DNA of 64,000 bases, taken from positions 3,497 to 67,496 of the forward strand of contig CAZTPD010000001.1 in assembly GCA_964614625.1 (NCBI GenBank). Reading direction: 5' to 3'. The DNA comes from an uncultured Sphingosinicella sp. (GTDB lineage: Bacteria; Pseudomonadota; Alphaproteobacteria; Sphingomonadales; Sphingomonadaceae). Shown one piece after another: positions 1-10,044 of this stretch. The notes below the pieces were generated by a model, which was not told where the DNA came from, ran no database searches, and saw only the letters and a program-made list of their open reading frames with translations. The translations under genes and the position numbers were made by a program. The first letter of the stretch is position 1, and each line of letters opens with the position of its first letter.

Positions 1-38
1 GTCCTGCGGAGACCGGTTCGCGTTAGACTGACACCACC
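1..38 (+). mobile_element. Right end (IRR) of an IS6-family element whose body lies upstream of the window
   Basis: 9-38 gagaccggttcgcgttagactgacaccacc matches 14256-14285 gagacaggttcgcattggactgacgccacc (right end of the IS6 copy) at 26/30 positions, same orientation. Confidence 0.75.
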
Positions 39-325
39 CCTGCGCAGTATTGCCGGCGCGCGGCCAAGGCATTTTGTCTTTCGCGGGGCCGCTCCGCTGT
101 TCGAGGGAGAGGCCGTGACGCTCGGCCTTGAAGAGCAGCCCGGGAGATATGCGCTCACTGCCTCTGGGCCGGACGGCCGGCTGGCGACGACGGCGCACGT
201 CGAGCTGTAGCGTCCCGACCACCGCGGCGCGGGAGTGCAACGAACTTCCAGCTTGCCGCCCGGGCCATGTTCGCGGTCCGGGCGGCACCTGTCATCGCAC
301 GATTGGCACCTCGTCGGCAGCGTGC

Positions 326-1771
326 CTAAAGCATCACGTGCACACTCTTGGTGCGCGTGTAGCTCAACAGCTCCTCGAGGGCCTCCTCGCCTCCGAAGCC
401 CGAATCCTTGCTGCCGCCAAACGGCATGCCAACGAAATGCATGGCGCTCCCGTTGATCGTGAACACGCCGCTTTCGACCCGCCTGGCGGTGCGCAGGGCA
501 TCGCCGAGCTGGTTGGTGACGATCCCCGCAGTAAGTCCGTAATCACTGTCGTTGGCGATGCGGATGGCCTCGTCCAGTTCGGACCATTGCAGCATCGCCA
601 TGACGGGGCCGAACACTTCATCGCGCGCGATCCGCATGTTCGGCGTCACGTCGGCGAAGAGGGTGGGGCGCAGCCAAAATCCGCGTTCGAAGTCTCGACC
701 GGCCGGCCTTTTTCCCCCTGCGACCAGCCGTGCACCGTCGGTATGCGCGTTCGCGATGTGCTGAGTGACACGCGCATGGTGATGGCGAGAATTTAGAGGC
801 CCCATCTGGGAAGCAGGGTCGAGCGGATCGCCGACTCTGATCGCGTCGAGGGCCGCCGCCGTGGCTTCGACGGCACGTTCATAGATGCTTTCATGCACGA
901 GGATGCGGCTGGTCGAGCCGCAGCTCTGTCCCGCCCAGGCGAAGTTCATCCCGGCCACGGCGTTACGCATCGCCTGCTCGACGTCGGCATCGGGCATGAT
1001 GATGAGCGGGTTCTTGCCACCGAGCTCGAGCGAGATGTGCTTGACGCAGGTTTCGGCGGCCGCCCGCTGTATCGCGAGCCCCGTGGCGACCGAACCGGTG
1101 AAGCCGATTCGCCGGATCCGACGATGGCGCGCGATCGCGTCCCCGACGGGTATGCCATATCCAGATACCAGATTTACCACGCCGGGCGGGAGCGTTGCCT
1201 GGGCGATCTCCGCCATGATGGTCGCCGTGAGCGGGCTTGTTTCCGGTGACTTCACCACGACCGTGTTTCCAGCCGCCAGCGGCGCGGCGAGATTGGCGGT
1301 TGCGAACATGAAGGGATGGTTGAAGGGGATGATCCGAGCGACCACCCCATAAGGCTCGCGCAGAGTGAAATGGAGGTGCTGCGCGCTCGCGGGAACCGTG
1401 TCCCCCTTCATCTCCGTGGCGAGGCCGGCGAAATATTCAAAATGGTTTGCGGCCTTGTGGAGGTCTCCAGACAAGTTACTGATTGTATTACCGGAATCTG
1501 CTGCTTCGAGCTTTTTTACTTCCTCGGCTCGGACCCGAATGGCCATGGCCATGGCCCGCAGTTTTGTGCCCCTTTCCCAGATGCTCAGGGCGGCCCAGCC
1601 GGGCTGGGCGCCCTCCGCCGCGGCAACGGCTCTATCGACGTCTTCGGCACTTCCCGCGGGCACGCGGCCAAGCGGCTCTTCGGTCGCCGGACTGATCGAT
1701 TCGATCCACTCCGAACCGGTCACGAACTCGCCGCCGATGAGCATCGGGCGGTCTCCAGATTGCAGGGTCAT
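326..1771 (-). CDS. NAD(P)-dependent aldehyde dehydrogenase
   Basis: 481 aa; IIPFNHP, FTGSVATG, LELGGKNP (catalytic Glu), GQSCGS (catalytic Cys), EVFGPV, PFGGSKDSG. Confidence 0.95.
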   Translation of the reverse strand: MTLQSGDRPMLIGGEFVTGSEWIESISPATEEPLGRVPAGSAEDVDRAVAAAEGAQPGWAALSIWERGTKLRAMAMAIRVRAEEVKKLEAADSGNTISNLSGDLHKAANHFEYFAGLATEMKGDTVPASAQHLHFTLREPYGVVARIIPFNHPFMFATANLAAPLAAGNTVVVKSPETSPLTATIMAEIAQATLPPGVVNLVSGYGIPVGDAIARHRRIRRIGFTGSVATGLAIQRAAAETCVKHISLELGGKNPLIIMPDADVEQAMRNAVAGMNFAWAGQSCGSTSRILVHESIYERAVEATAAALDAIRVGDPLDPASQMGPLNSRHHHARVTQHIANAHTDGARLVAGGKRPAGRDFERGFWLRPTLFADVTPNMRIARDEVFGPVMAMLQWSELDEAIRIANDSDYGLTAGIVTNQLGDALRTARRVESGVFTINGSAMHFVGMPFGGSKDSGFGGEEALEELLSYTRTKSVHVML

Positions 1772-1809
1772 CAGGGTCTCCCGAAATGAGTTGGAGTATT
1801 TGTTTTAAC

Positions 1810-1834
1810 TTGCAGACAAATTGAACATGTGCAA
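1810..1834. promoter_or_regulatory. Putative operator between divergent ALDH and IclR genes
   Basis: TTGCA-N15-TGCAA inverted repeat in an AT-rich divergent intergenic region. Confidence 0.4.
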
Positions 1835-1875
1835 CATTCCAGCAATCGAGTTGCTGCTGGCAAGGGAGTTGGTAG

Positions 1876-2715
1876 ATGACTGAGCCGCTCACGCTTCGTC
1901 GCGCTGCGCCGCCCATCTCGGCCGTGTCGCGGGCGATGGCGGTCATCGAGCATTTGGCCGGCCTGACACGGGGCGGGACGGTCTCGGAACTCAGCCGGTC
2001 CCTGGAAATCGAGATTTCGGTCGTGTCGCGGCTGCTCTCGACCTTTGAGGGAGATGGCTATGTCCATCGCTCGCCGGCCTCCCCCGATCGTTATGTTCTG
2101 GGCTGGCGATTGGCTGCGTTGACCTACCGCTTCGTCGATGCGGTCCAGCTTCCCGAGGTGGTCCTGCCAGCCTTGCGCGAACTGGCCACCGAAGTGAACG
2201 AAATGGTGCAGTTGGCGGTCGTCGACGGGAGCCGGCTTCGCTTCGTGGCCAAGGCGGATGCGGACCAGAGGATCATGCTGCGCGGCCTGGTCGGTCGGAC
2301 GGCCAATCCCGACACGACGGCGACCGGGAAGGCGTGGCTCGCCTTTCTGAGCGATGAAGAAAGGCGCGACGTTCTCGCGAATACGGTGGGCGACGTGCCG
2401 GCTCAGTCGCGTCCTTCGCTCGACGAACTGCTTCGGGATCTCGCGGAAACGCGGGAACGAGGCTACGCCCTCGAGACGCGCTCCAATATCGATGAGGTCG
2501 TTGCGATTGCGACGCCCGTGCGGGCTGGAAATCCGGAGCGGGTTGTCGGGATCGTTACGATCTCGGGGCTGGCCTTCAGGCTGGATATTGACCGATTGAC
2601 CGGGATGGTCCCGGCACTCAATCGCGCGGCCGCCCAGCTGGAGAGTGTCTGGCCCGCGATCCTGCTCAAGGAGCATGTCAGCGGATTGTCGCCGGGAGAG
2701 GCGATGAATCCGTAG
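1876..2715 (+). CDS. IclR family transcriptional regulator
   Basis: N-terminal HTH (SAVSRAMAVIEHL...YVLGWRL); C-terminal TATGKAWLA and RERGYALE motifs. Confidence 0.92.
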   Translation: MTEPLTLRRAAPPISAVSRAMAVIEHLAGLTRGGTVSELSRSLEIEISVVSRLLSTFEGDGYVHRSPASPDRYVLGWRLAALTYRFVDAVQLPEVVLPALRELATEVNEMVQLAVVDGSRLRFVAKADADQRIMLRGLVGRTANPDTTATGKAWLAFLSDEERRDVLANTVGDVPAQSRPSLDELLRDLAETRERGYALETRSNIDEVVAIATPVRAGNPERVVGIVTISGLAFRLDIDRLTGMVPALNRAAAQLESVWPAILLKEHVSGLSPGEAMNP

Positions 2716-2829
2716 CGCGGTCATCAAAGGATCAGGAGGCGAACGTGTCGGAGCCGAGCTTCCGGCAAGGACTGCTGCCGCCCTCAATCAAGCGGCAGTG
2801 GTTACATCGGGAAAGAGGGGGAGGAGACG

Positions 2830-5286
2830 ATGTTGGTTCTTAAGGCGATTCATCTGAAGCGGACTTCGGTCCTGCTGGCCGGCGTGATGACGGCGACCGG
2901 GCTGACGATGCCGGTCCAGGCCCAGGAGGCGCAAGCGGATGCCCAGGCCTCGACGGGGCCGGGCGAGCTCGAGGAGATTATCGTCACGGCGAGAAGGCGG
3001 GACGAGGGCCTTTTCGAGGCTCCTTTGTCGATCACCACAATGACTGCAGCCGACATCGAGCGAGCGAACATCCAGGACATCACGTCGATCGCGCAATTCT
3101 CGCCGGGCTTCTACTACACCCCGCAGGTTACCTTCAGCTCCTCTCGCGTTGCACCTTCTTATCGTTTTCGCGGGATGAACAACGGGTCGAACGATCCGCT
3201 GCAGCAGCTTGGCGGGACGTTCGTTGACGGCGTCTATCTGTTCGGCGGTGCGCAGTCACTGACGATGGACGATATCGAGCGGGTCGAGGTGATCAAGGGG
3301 CCGCAAAGCGCACTGTTCGGCCGGGGCACCTTCGCCGGCGCCGTCAACTTCATCACCCGCGAGCCTTCGTCGCGATTCCGGACCCGCGTGAGCGGCGGTG
3401 TCGAGACCCGTGACAGCTATTCGCTGGGCTTGAGCGTGGAAGGGCCGATCACCGATACACTGAGCTTCCGACTGAGCGGAGCGAGCAACCAAAGGGGTGC
3501 GCATTTCCGCACGTCCGACGGCGGCGAACTGGGACGCGAGACGACCCATGCCATCAACGGACAGCTGCTGTGGAGGCCCAACGACGCCTTCCGCCTGCGC
3601 TTGCGCCATAGCGAGGCCTGGCAGGACGATTCGAAGAATGCGATCGTCAACATGAATGCCAGCCGTCCCGACCTGGCGAATGCCCAGAACCGCTGCATCA
3701 CCGGCACGCAGCCTTACTGGTGCGGCGCCGTTCCCGAGCTTGGCGCGCGCGGCGTACCCGCATCGGTCGCCAGCGTTGCCACCTCCTTGAGGCCGCCCGC
3801 CTTCGCGCGATCCAACAATCCCGACCTTATTATCGACATCCTCAACAACAATACCGCCAACCCGCTGGTGGTGAACGGCTTGCCGTATCTCGACAAGACG
3901 CCGAGGCTGGATCATTCCGGCCTTGCCGGTCGCTTCACCCGCACCTCCGTCGAAGCCGGATACCGCTTCGGCAACGGCATCGCGATCGACGCCGTCTTTG
4001 CCAACAGCGAGATGCGGACGACGACGGCGCAGAGCACCTCGAACGACAACGGCAATGCCTGGGTCATTTCGCCCAACATCCTCCGCGACACCAGCGTTGA
4101 CGTCCGGGTCTCGTCTGACCAGAGCAGCCGCTTCACCTGGCTGATGGGTGCGAACTATTTCAGACAGAAGTCCCTCGGCGGCTTTACCGGAACCGGCGCG
4201 ATCCCGTCGGTCCACGATAATGTCGGGATCGTCTCCTATAACGAGACCGCCACCTTCGCGAACCAGGGCGTGCTTGAAAGCTGGTCGCTTTTTGCGGCAG
4301 CCGGGATCGAGTTGTTCGAAGGCCTCAGCTTCGACGCCGAAGCACGCTGGATTTCCGATGACGTGACGACCTCCTTCCAGCTGCCGACGGCAGCAACGAC
4401 CAACTACAAGAATTTGTCCTCGCGCCTCATATTGACCTATCGCCCGCAGGAAGACCTGACCTTCTACGGCTCCTGGGCGCGCGGGGCGCTGCCTGGAACG
4501 ACCAACACAAGCTATCTGCTCCTGAGCCCGGCGCTGCAGGCGCAGGTCGCAGCCTATCCGGGCTTTTCCATCGACGTTCCCGACGAGCGGGTCGATAATT
4601 TCGAGATCGGCGTGAAGCAGGATCTTGGTCGCCTCCGCTATGCCCTGACCGGCTATCACATGCGGTGGAGGAACCTGAAGAACGTCGTCTTCACCTTCTG
4701 TCCCGGCAATGTGTGCGGACCAACCTATTTCGCCGCCTTCGCGCCAACCACTTTCGCCCAGTCGGCCAACATCTGGGGCATCGAGGCCGAATTGAACGCG
4801 GTGATTGCCCGGGGCTGGAACGTCTCGCTCTCGGGTGCATACACAAGCGCGCGATATACCCGCTTCTTTGCGCCGCTGGCGGGCACGGCCACGGGGCAGA
4901 CCGACGCGAGCGGCCGGAACATCTACGGCTATCCGGGCCTCCAGGGCGTGTTCTCGAGCAACTATTCCACGCGGGTGAACGACCGTTGGGACGGCTTCGT
5001 CAATACCGAGCTGACATATACCGGCAGGATGTATGTCGACGAGGTCAACCAGAGCTGGATCGACCCCTCATTGCGGTGGAACCTGCGGGTTGGCGCGGAG
5101 AGTGACGGCCTTCGCGTCGAGGCCTATGTCGAGAATCTGCTCAACGATCGGACCTGGTTGTCCGGCATCCGCAGCACCCAGTCCGTCTATTCCATTGGCA
5201 CCACCTCGGTGTCACAGGCGAGCGCCGCAGTGGTGCTGCCGAGGCTCCGGACCTTCGGTCTGCGCTTCACCTACACCTTCAATTGA
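2830..5286 (+). CDS. TonB-dependent receptor
   Basis: Signal peptide, TonB box EEIIVTARRR, plug motif ERVEVIKGPQSALFGRGTFAGAVN, C-terminal beta-strand RTFGLRFTYTFN. Confidence 0.95.
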   Translation: MLVLKAIHLKRTSVLLAGVMTATGLTMPVQAQEAQADAQASTGPGELEEIIVTARRRDEGLFEAPLSITTMTAADIERANIQDITSIAQFSPGFYYTPQVTFSSSRVAPSYRFRGMNNGSNDPLQQLGGTFVDGVYLFGGAQSLTMDDIERVEVIKGPQSALFGRGTFAGAVNFITREPSSRFRTRVSGGVETRDSYSLGLSVEGPITDTLSFRLSGASNQRGAHFRTSDGGELGRETTHAINGQLLWRPNDAFRLRLRHSEAWQDDSKNAIVNMNASRPDLANAQNRCITGTQPYWCGAVPELGARGVPASVASVATSLRPPAFARSNNPDLIIDILNNNTANPLVVNGLPYLDKTPRLDHSGLAGRFTRTSVEAGYRFGNGIAIDAVFANSEMRTTTAQSTSNDNGNAWVISPNILRDTSVDVRVSSDQSSRFTWLMGANYFRQKSLGGFTGTGAIPSVHDNVGIVSYNETATFANQGVLESWSLFAAAGIELFEGLSFDAEARWISDDVTTSFQLPTAATTNYKNLSSRLILTYRPQEDLTFYGSWARGALPGTTNTSYLLLSPALQAQVAAYPGFSIDVPDERVDNFEIGVKQDLGRLRYALTGYHMRWRNLKNVVFTFCPGNVCGPTYFAAFAPTTFAQSANIWGIEAELNAVIARGWNVSLSGAYTSARYTRFFAPLAGTATGQTDASGRNIYGYPGLQGVFSSNYSTRVNDRWDGFVNTELTYTGRMYVDEVNQSWIDPSLRWNLRVGAESDGLRVEAYVENLLNDRTWLSGIRSTQSVYSIGTTSVSQASAAVVLPRLRTFGLRFTYTFN

Positions 5287-5289
5287 GTG

Positions 5290-5311
5290 GAGGCCGGCCT
5301 GGGCCGGCCTC
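5290..5311 (+). terminator. GC-rich hairpin after TBDR (mRNA-stabilising stem or weak terminator)
   Basis: gaggccggcc-tg-ggccggcctc perfect inverted repeat; no U-tract. Confidence 0.5.
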
Positions 5312-5345
5312 TGCTTCAGCGTCAGTCAAGAAAGCGTGGGTTTCG

Positions 5346-7457
5346 ATGGGTTTTCGCGTTGGAATCGATTCCGGGGGTACCTTCACCGACCTGTTTGCCG
5401 TCAATGAGGAAGGCAACGAAGTCATCGTCAAGGTTCCCTCGACCCCGTCCAGTCCGGATCTGGCCGTGCGTAACGCATTGGCGAAGCTGATCGAACGGCT
5501 CGATGGCGACCAGGGCAGGATAGAGGCCGTGTTGCACGGCACCACCGTGGGGGTGAACGCGGTTCTTCAACGCAAATTCCCCCCCATCGGCCTCCTGGTG
5601 ACCCGGGGCTTCCGCTTCATTCTCGAAATGGCGCGCCAGACGGTGCCGGGCGAGCGCGGGTCCATCTACACCTGGACCAAGCCCCCGCGCATCGTACCGC
5701 TGGCCAACGTGCGCGAGGTGACGGAGCGACTGGACCATCGCGGCGAGGTGCTGACGCCATTCGACGAGGAGGACTGCCGGGCGCAGGCGCACTGGTTCCG
5801 TGAACAGGGTATCAACTCGATCGCCCTGTGTTTCATCAACGCCTATGCCAATCCGGCGCACGAGCAGCGAGCCAAGGAAATCTTTGCCGAGGAATATCCC
5901 GACTGCGCGATCACGACCTCTTCGGAGACGCTGCCGGAATATCGGGAATATGAACGCGCCGTCACCACCGCGACCAACGCCCTCCTGGTGCCCATTCTCG
6001 GGCAATATGTCGCCAATGTGCAGGCGCATCTTGACGATCTGGGCATTGCCGCGCCGCTCTACATCATGAAATCGGCCGGAGGGGCGACGCTGGCCGAGCT
6101 TGCCGCCCGCCAGCCGGTCCATACCGCCTTGTCGGGTACCGCGGCGGCGGTCGTTGGATCGGCCTGGATCGGGCGCAGTTGCGGCCTGTCGAACTTGATG
6201 ACCTTCGACATGGGGGGGACGTCAACTGATGTGGCGCTGATCGAAGGAGGCTTTCCGGCGCTGGTCAGCGAGGTCGAGCTTGATGTCTATCCGATCCGCA
6301 CGCCCGCCGTGGACGTGGTTTCCGTCGGTGCAGGCGGTGGATCGATCGCCGCGCTCGTGCCCGGCAACCGCTTCCAGGTGGGTCCGCGCAGCGCCGGCGC
6401 CGATCCAGGGCCGGCCTGCTACGGGCGTGGCGGCACCGAACCGACGGTGACGGACGCCAATCTGCTGCTCGGGCGGCTTCCGGAGTTGCTGGCCGGCGGC
6501 GTGGTGCGGCTGGACCGCGCCGCAGCCGAGGCGGCGCTGGCCAGGCTCGGCGAGCCCCTGGGGCTCGACCCGCTTGCCATGGCGCGCGGGATCATCGAGC
6601 TCGGCGAGCTCAATATGGCGGACGCGGTGCGGCAGATTTCGGTGCGCAAGGGCCGCGACCCGCGCAAGTTAGCGCTGATCGCTGGCGGCGGCGGCGGACC
6701 CTTGCATGCGGCGAGCCTGGCCGAGCTCCTCTCTGTGCCCCTGGTGCTGATCCCGCCGGCTCCCGGCGTGGGCTGTTCGCTCGGCGCGCTCGTGAGCGAT
6801 GTTCGCGAGGATTTCGTGATGACCGATATCCAGAGCGAGGAGGAGTGCGACATCGATCGCCTGGCGGAGAATTTCGCGGCGCTTGAGGCGCGCGCCGTGG
6901 ATCTGCTCGAACGTCAGGATTTCGGCCCCGCTGAGCGTTCCATCTTGCGCCAGGCCGACCTCCGCTATCGCGGCATGCGCACCGAACTCCTGGTGGATGT
7001 GCCGTCGGGACCGATCGACGCGCAGACGGTTGCGGCCATGTTCGACAATCTCCACAGCGTGCACCAGGATTCCTACGGTTATTCCTATCGGGACGTTCAG
7101 CCGGTCGAGGTGGTCAATCTTCGTGTGACCGGGGTCGGCCACATGCGCCCTGCGCCGCCGTTCTGCGGTCGGGCAGGGGCGGCAGACGTCAACGCGGCCT
7201 TAAGCGGTTCCCGCCAAGTCTATTTCAACGGGACCGGCTTCACCGAGACTCCGGTTTATCAGCGACCTCTTCTGACGATCGGATCGCAGTTTGAGGGGCC
7301 GGCCATCGTCGAGCAGTATGACACGACCATCGTTGTCCTTCCCGGGCAGAAGGTGACGGTCGATTCGCAGGGCAACTTGCGCATCTCCACGCGCTGTGGC
7401 CAATCCGAGGTGGGTGATACGCCTGTGTTAGGAAGTGAACCCCGTGCGTTTCATTGA
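5346..7457 (+). CDS. Hydantoinase/oxoprolinase family, A (ATP-binding) subunit
   Basis: GIDSGGTFTD, HGTT, EYREYER, DMGGTSTD, GAGGGS, SAGADPGPACYGRGG; start placed at ATG 5346. Confidence 0.93.
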   Translation: MGFRVGIDSGGTFTDLFAVNEEGNEVIVKVPSTPSSPDLAVRNALAKLIERLDGDQGRIEAVLHGTTVGVNAVLQRKFPPIGLLVTRGFRFILEMARQTVPGERGSIYTWTKPPRIVPLANVREVTERLDHRGEVLTPFDEEDCRAQAHWFREQGINSIALCFINAYANPAHEQRAKEIFAEEYPDCAITTSSETLPEYREYERAVTTATNALLVPILGQYVANVQAHLDDLGIAAPLYIMKSAGGATLAELAARQPVHTALSGTAAAVVGSAWIGRSCGLSNLMTFDMGGTSTDVALIEGGFPALVSEVELDVYPIRTPAVDVVSVGAGGGSIAALVPGNRFQVGPRSAGADPGPACYGRGGTEPTVTDANLLLGRLPELLAGGVVRLDRAAAEAALARLGEPLGLDPLAMARGIIELGELNMADAVRQISVRKGRDPRKLALIAGGGGGPLHAASLAELLSVPLVLIPPAPGVGCSLGALVSDVREDFVMTDIQSEEECDIDRLAENFAALEARAVDLLERQDFGPAERSILRQADLRYRGMRTELLVDVPSGPIDAQTVAAMFDNLHSVHQDSYGYSYRDVQPVEVVNLRVTGVGHMRPAPPFCGRAGAADVNAALSGSRQVYFNGTGFTETPVYQRPLLTIGSQFEGPAIVEQYDTTIVVLPGQKVTVDSQGNLRISTRCGQSEVGDTPVLGSEPRAFH

Positions 7458-8256
7458 AATCGAGGATGTGAGCAAGCGCTATCGCGGCGCCCAGGACCTG
7501 CTGGCGGTCGACCGGATCTCGACCGGCATCGCCAAAGGTGAGTTCATCTCCATCCTCGGCCCAAGCGGTTGCGGCAAATCGACCCTGATGCAGATGCTTG
7601 CGGGGCTCGCCCCGCGCAGCAGCGGCCGAATCTCGATCGATGGGCGGGAAGTTGACGGTCCGCAGACCGATCTCGGCATCGTTTTTCAGGACACCAATCT
7701 GCTCGATTGGCGGACGGTGCTGAAGAATATCATGCTGCAGATTGAAATTCGCCGCCTGGACCTGGGTCCCTATCAGGAACGGGCGCGCCGGCTGCTCGCC
7801 ATGGTCGAGCTGGAAGGATTCGAGGACAAGCTGCCGCACCAACTGTCCGGCGGGATGAAGCAGCGCGTCGCCATATGCCGCGCCCTGATTCACGATCCGC
7901 CCCTGCTGCTTATGGACGAGCCGTTCGGCGCACTTGATGCGCTGACCCGCGATCAGCTCAATGTCGACCTCCAGGACATCTGGCTCGAGAGCCGCAAGAC
8001 GGTGATCTTCGTCACGCACAGCATTTCGGAGGCGGTGTTTCTGTCCGATCGGGTGCTGGTGATGTCGCCGCGACCGGGCAATCTGGCCGCGGACATCCAG
8101 ATCGATCTGGAACGACGTCGGTCGATTTCCGTGCGGGAGACGCCGGCCTTCGGGGCCTATGTGAGCCGGATCCGCCGTATGTTCGAGGATTGGGGCGTCC
8201 TCCGCCGCGATGCCGATCCGTCGCCGGCGCGAGACCTCGCCATGGAGCAAGGATGA
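7435..8256 (+). CDS. ABC transporter ATP-binding protein (SsuB/TauB type)
   Basis: Walker A GPSGCGKST, signature LSGGMKQR, Walker B LLLMDEPFGALD. Confidence 0.95.
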   Translation: MNPVRFIEIEDVSKRYRGAQDLLAVDRISTGIAKGEFISILGPSGCGKSTLMQMLAGLAPRSSGRISIDGREVDGPQTDLGIVFQDTNLLDWRTVLKNIMLQIEIRRLDLGPYQERARRLLAMVELEGFEDKLPHQLSGGMKQRVAICRALIHDPPLLLMDEPFGALDALTRDQLNVDLQDIWLESRKTVIFVTHSISEAVFLSDRVLVMSPRPGNLAADIQIDLERRRSISVRETPAFGAYVSRIRRMFEDWGVLRRDADPSPARDLAMEQG

Positions 8257-9026
8257 TAATGATGCGTCACCTTTATCCGCTGATCACTCTGGCACTGGTC
8301 GTTTTGCTTTGGGCGCTGGCCGTCTGGGCATTCGACATACCGGCCTTCGTGCTGCCTTCGCCACATGCGGTGGCGCAGGCGGCCGTCGACAATTCGGCGA
8401 TGCTTTTCCCAGCTCTCGCCTACACCTTGACCGAGGTCCTGGTCGGCTTCGCGCTGGCCGTGCTGGTCGGTGGGCTCATCGCAGTGGCGGTCGTCTCGTC
8501 CGAGCTGCTCGAGCAGTCGATCTATCCGCTGCTCGTTGCCCTGCAGATCGTTCCCAAGGTGGCGATCGCGCCCTTGTTCGCGATCTGGTTCGGCTTCGGC
8601 ATGTTGCCCAAGATCCTGATGGCGTTCCTGATCGCCTTCTTCCCGATGGTGATCAACACCGCGATGGGGCTGCGCGGGATCGAGACGTCGAAGCTTCACC
8701 TTGCCCGGTCGATGGGGGCGACCCCGTTCCAGACCTTCTTCAAGATAAGGCTGCCGCATGCCATGCCGAGCATCTTCACCGGACTCAAGCTCTCCGTCAC
8801 AGCGGCGATGATCGGCGCCATCGTCGGGGAATTCATCGGGACCGACGCGGGCATCGGACGGGTATTGCTGGTCGCTAACGGCAATCTCCAGACCGATCTT
8901 CTCTTCGCTGCGGTCGTCTTGCTCAGCCTCGCCGGCGTGATCCTCTTTCTGGCCATCGAGGCGGTGGAACGGATTGTGCTCCACTGGCACGTCTCCCAGC
9001 GGTTGCGCGACAGGGTGACGGCATGA
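8253..9026 (+). CDS. ABC transporter permease (SsuC/TauC type)
   Basis: Hydrophobic; LPSP, PKVAIAPL, ARSMGA, AIVGEF; ATGA overlap with the ATPase stop. Confidence 0.93.
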   Translation: MIMMRHLYPLITLALVVLLWALAVWAFDIPAFVLPSPHAVAQAAVDNSAMLFPALAYTLTEVLVGFALAVLVGGLIAVAVVSSELLEQSIYPLLVALQIVPKVAIAPLFAIWFGFGMLPKILMAFLIAFFPMVINTAMGLRGIETSKLHLARSMGATPFQTFFKIRLPHAMPSIFTGLKLSVTAAMIGAIVGEFIGTDAGIGRVLLVANGNLQTDLLFAAVVLLSLAGVILFLAIEAVERIVLHWHVSQRLRDRVTA

Positions 9027-10042
9027 GGATCGGGCGCAGGGAATTGCTGATGGGCGGACTTGCCCTCGGCCTGGGCGCCTGCGGCCGCGGAGGCGGCGGC
9101 AAGACTGCGGAAGGGCTCGACGCCGTGTCCTTGCGGATCGAGTGGCTGCACTCGTCCTATCATGCGCCTTTCTTCCTCGGCATCGACAAGGGCATCTATC
9201 GCGATGCGGGTATCGAGCTCACGGTCAACGAAGGGCGGGGTTCCGTGCAGGTGGCGCAGCTCGTCGGCAGCGGCCAGGATCAGTTCGGCTTCGCATCAGC
9301 CGATGCGATCATGCGGGGCGCCGGGGCCGGGATCCCGGTGATGAGCGTGGCCAGTCTGATGCCGGTAATGGGGCAGGCCATCTATGTCCGTGAGGACAGC
9401 CCGATCCGAACTCTGGCGGACCTGAGGGGGCGGCGGATCGCCGTGACGCCCGGGGGCACGAACGAAGCCCTGCTGCCCCTCCTGCTGGAAAAGGTTGGAC
9501 TCAGCATCGATGACGTCCAGCAGGTCTCGGCCGACCCGACCGCAAAGGTTCGCGTGTTTCTGAACGGTGATGTTGATGCCATGATCGCGACGGGCTGGGC
9601 GCACTCGTTGTTCGAAAGCGGCGGCGGTGCGCGCGCCTTTGTTTATTCGGACCATGGGATCGAGATCGTTGGCTACAACATCGTCGCGTCGCGCGACAGC
9701 CTGGAAAACAACCCGGATCTGGTCCGTCGTTTCGTAGCCGCAACCCTGGAAGCCTGGGACGATTCGCGGCGGGCTCCGGAGGAGGCCCTCGACGCGCTCG
9801 CGAACCATTCGCCGACCAACGCTGCGCCTCCGCGCCGGGCCGGGAACTCGCGCGACTTCGCCAACGCACTGCGCTTTGTCGGACCGGCAGTGCCCGATCG
9901 ACCCTATGGATGGCAGTTGCCCGAGGCCTGGGCAAGGAGCCAGCAGATCCTCGCCGAGCATGGTGTCCTGACCCGCACCGTCCCGGTTGAGCAAATGATG
10001 ACAAACGAGTTCGTGCCCGCCGGCGCGACGAGCGAAGGATAA
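9023..10042 (+). CDS. ABC transporter substrate-binding protein (NMT1/THI5-like), probable Tat lipoprotein
   Basis: RRELL Tat motif and LGAC lipobox; HAPFFLGIDKGIY, GRGS, DLRGRRIA. Confidence 0.9.
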   Translation: MRIGRRELLMGGLALGLGACGRGGGGKTAEGLDAVSLRIEWLHSSYHAPFFLGIDKGIYRDAGIELTVNEGRGSVQVAQLVGSGQDQFGFASADAIMRGAGAGIPVMSVASLMPVMGQAIYVREDSPIRTLADLRGRRIAVTPGGTNEALLPLLLEKVGLSIDDVQQVSADPTAKVRVFLNGDVDAMIATGWAHSLFESGGGARAFVYSDHGIEIVGYNIVASRDSLENNPDLVRRFVAATLEAWDDSRRAPEEALDALANHSPTNAAPPRRAGNSRDFANALRFVGPAVPDRPYGWQLPEAWARSQQILAEHGVLTRTVPVEQMMTNEFVPAGATSEG

Positions 10043-10044
10043 CC

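Noticed and set aside
39-325. ORFs 128-796 and 235-456, or a gene remnant next to the IS end
   Set aside because: Mostly antisense to the ALDH; no recognisable motif
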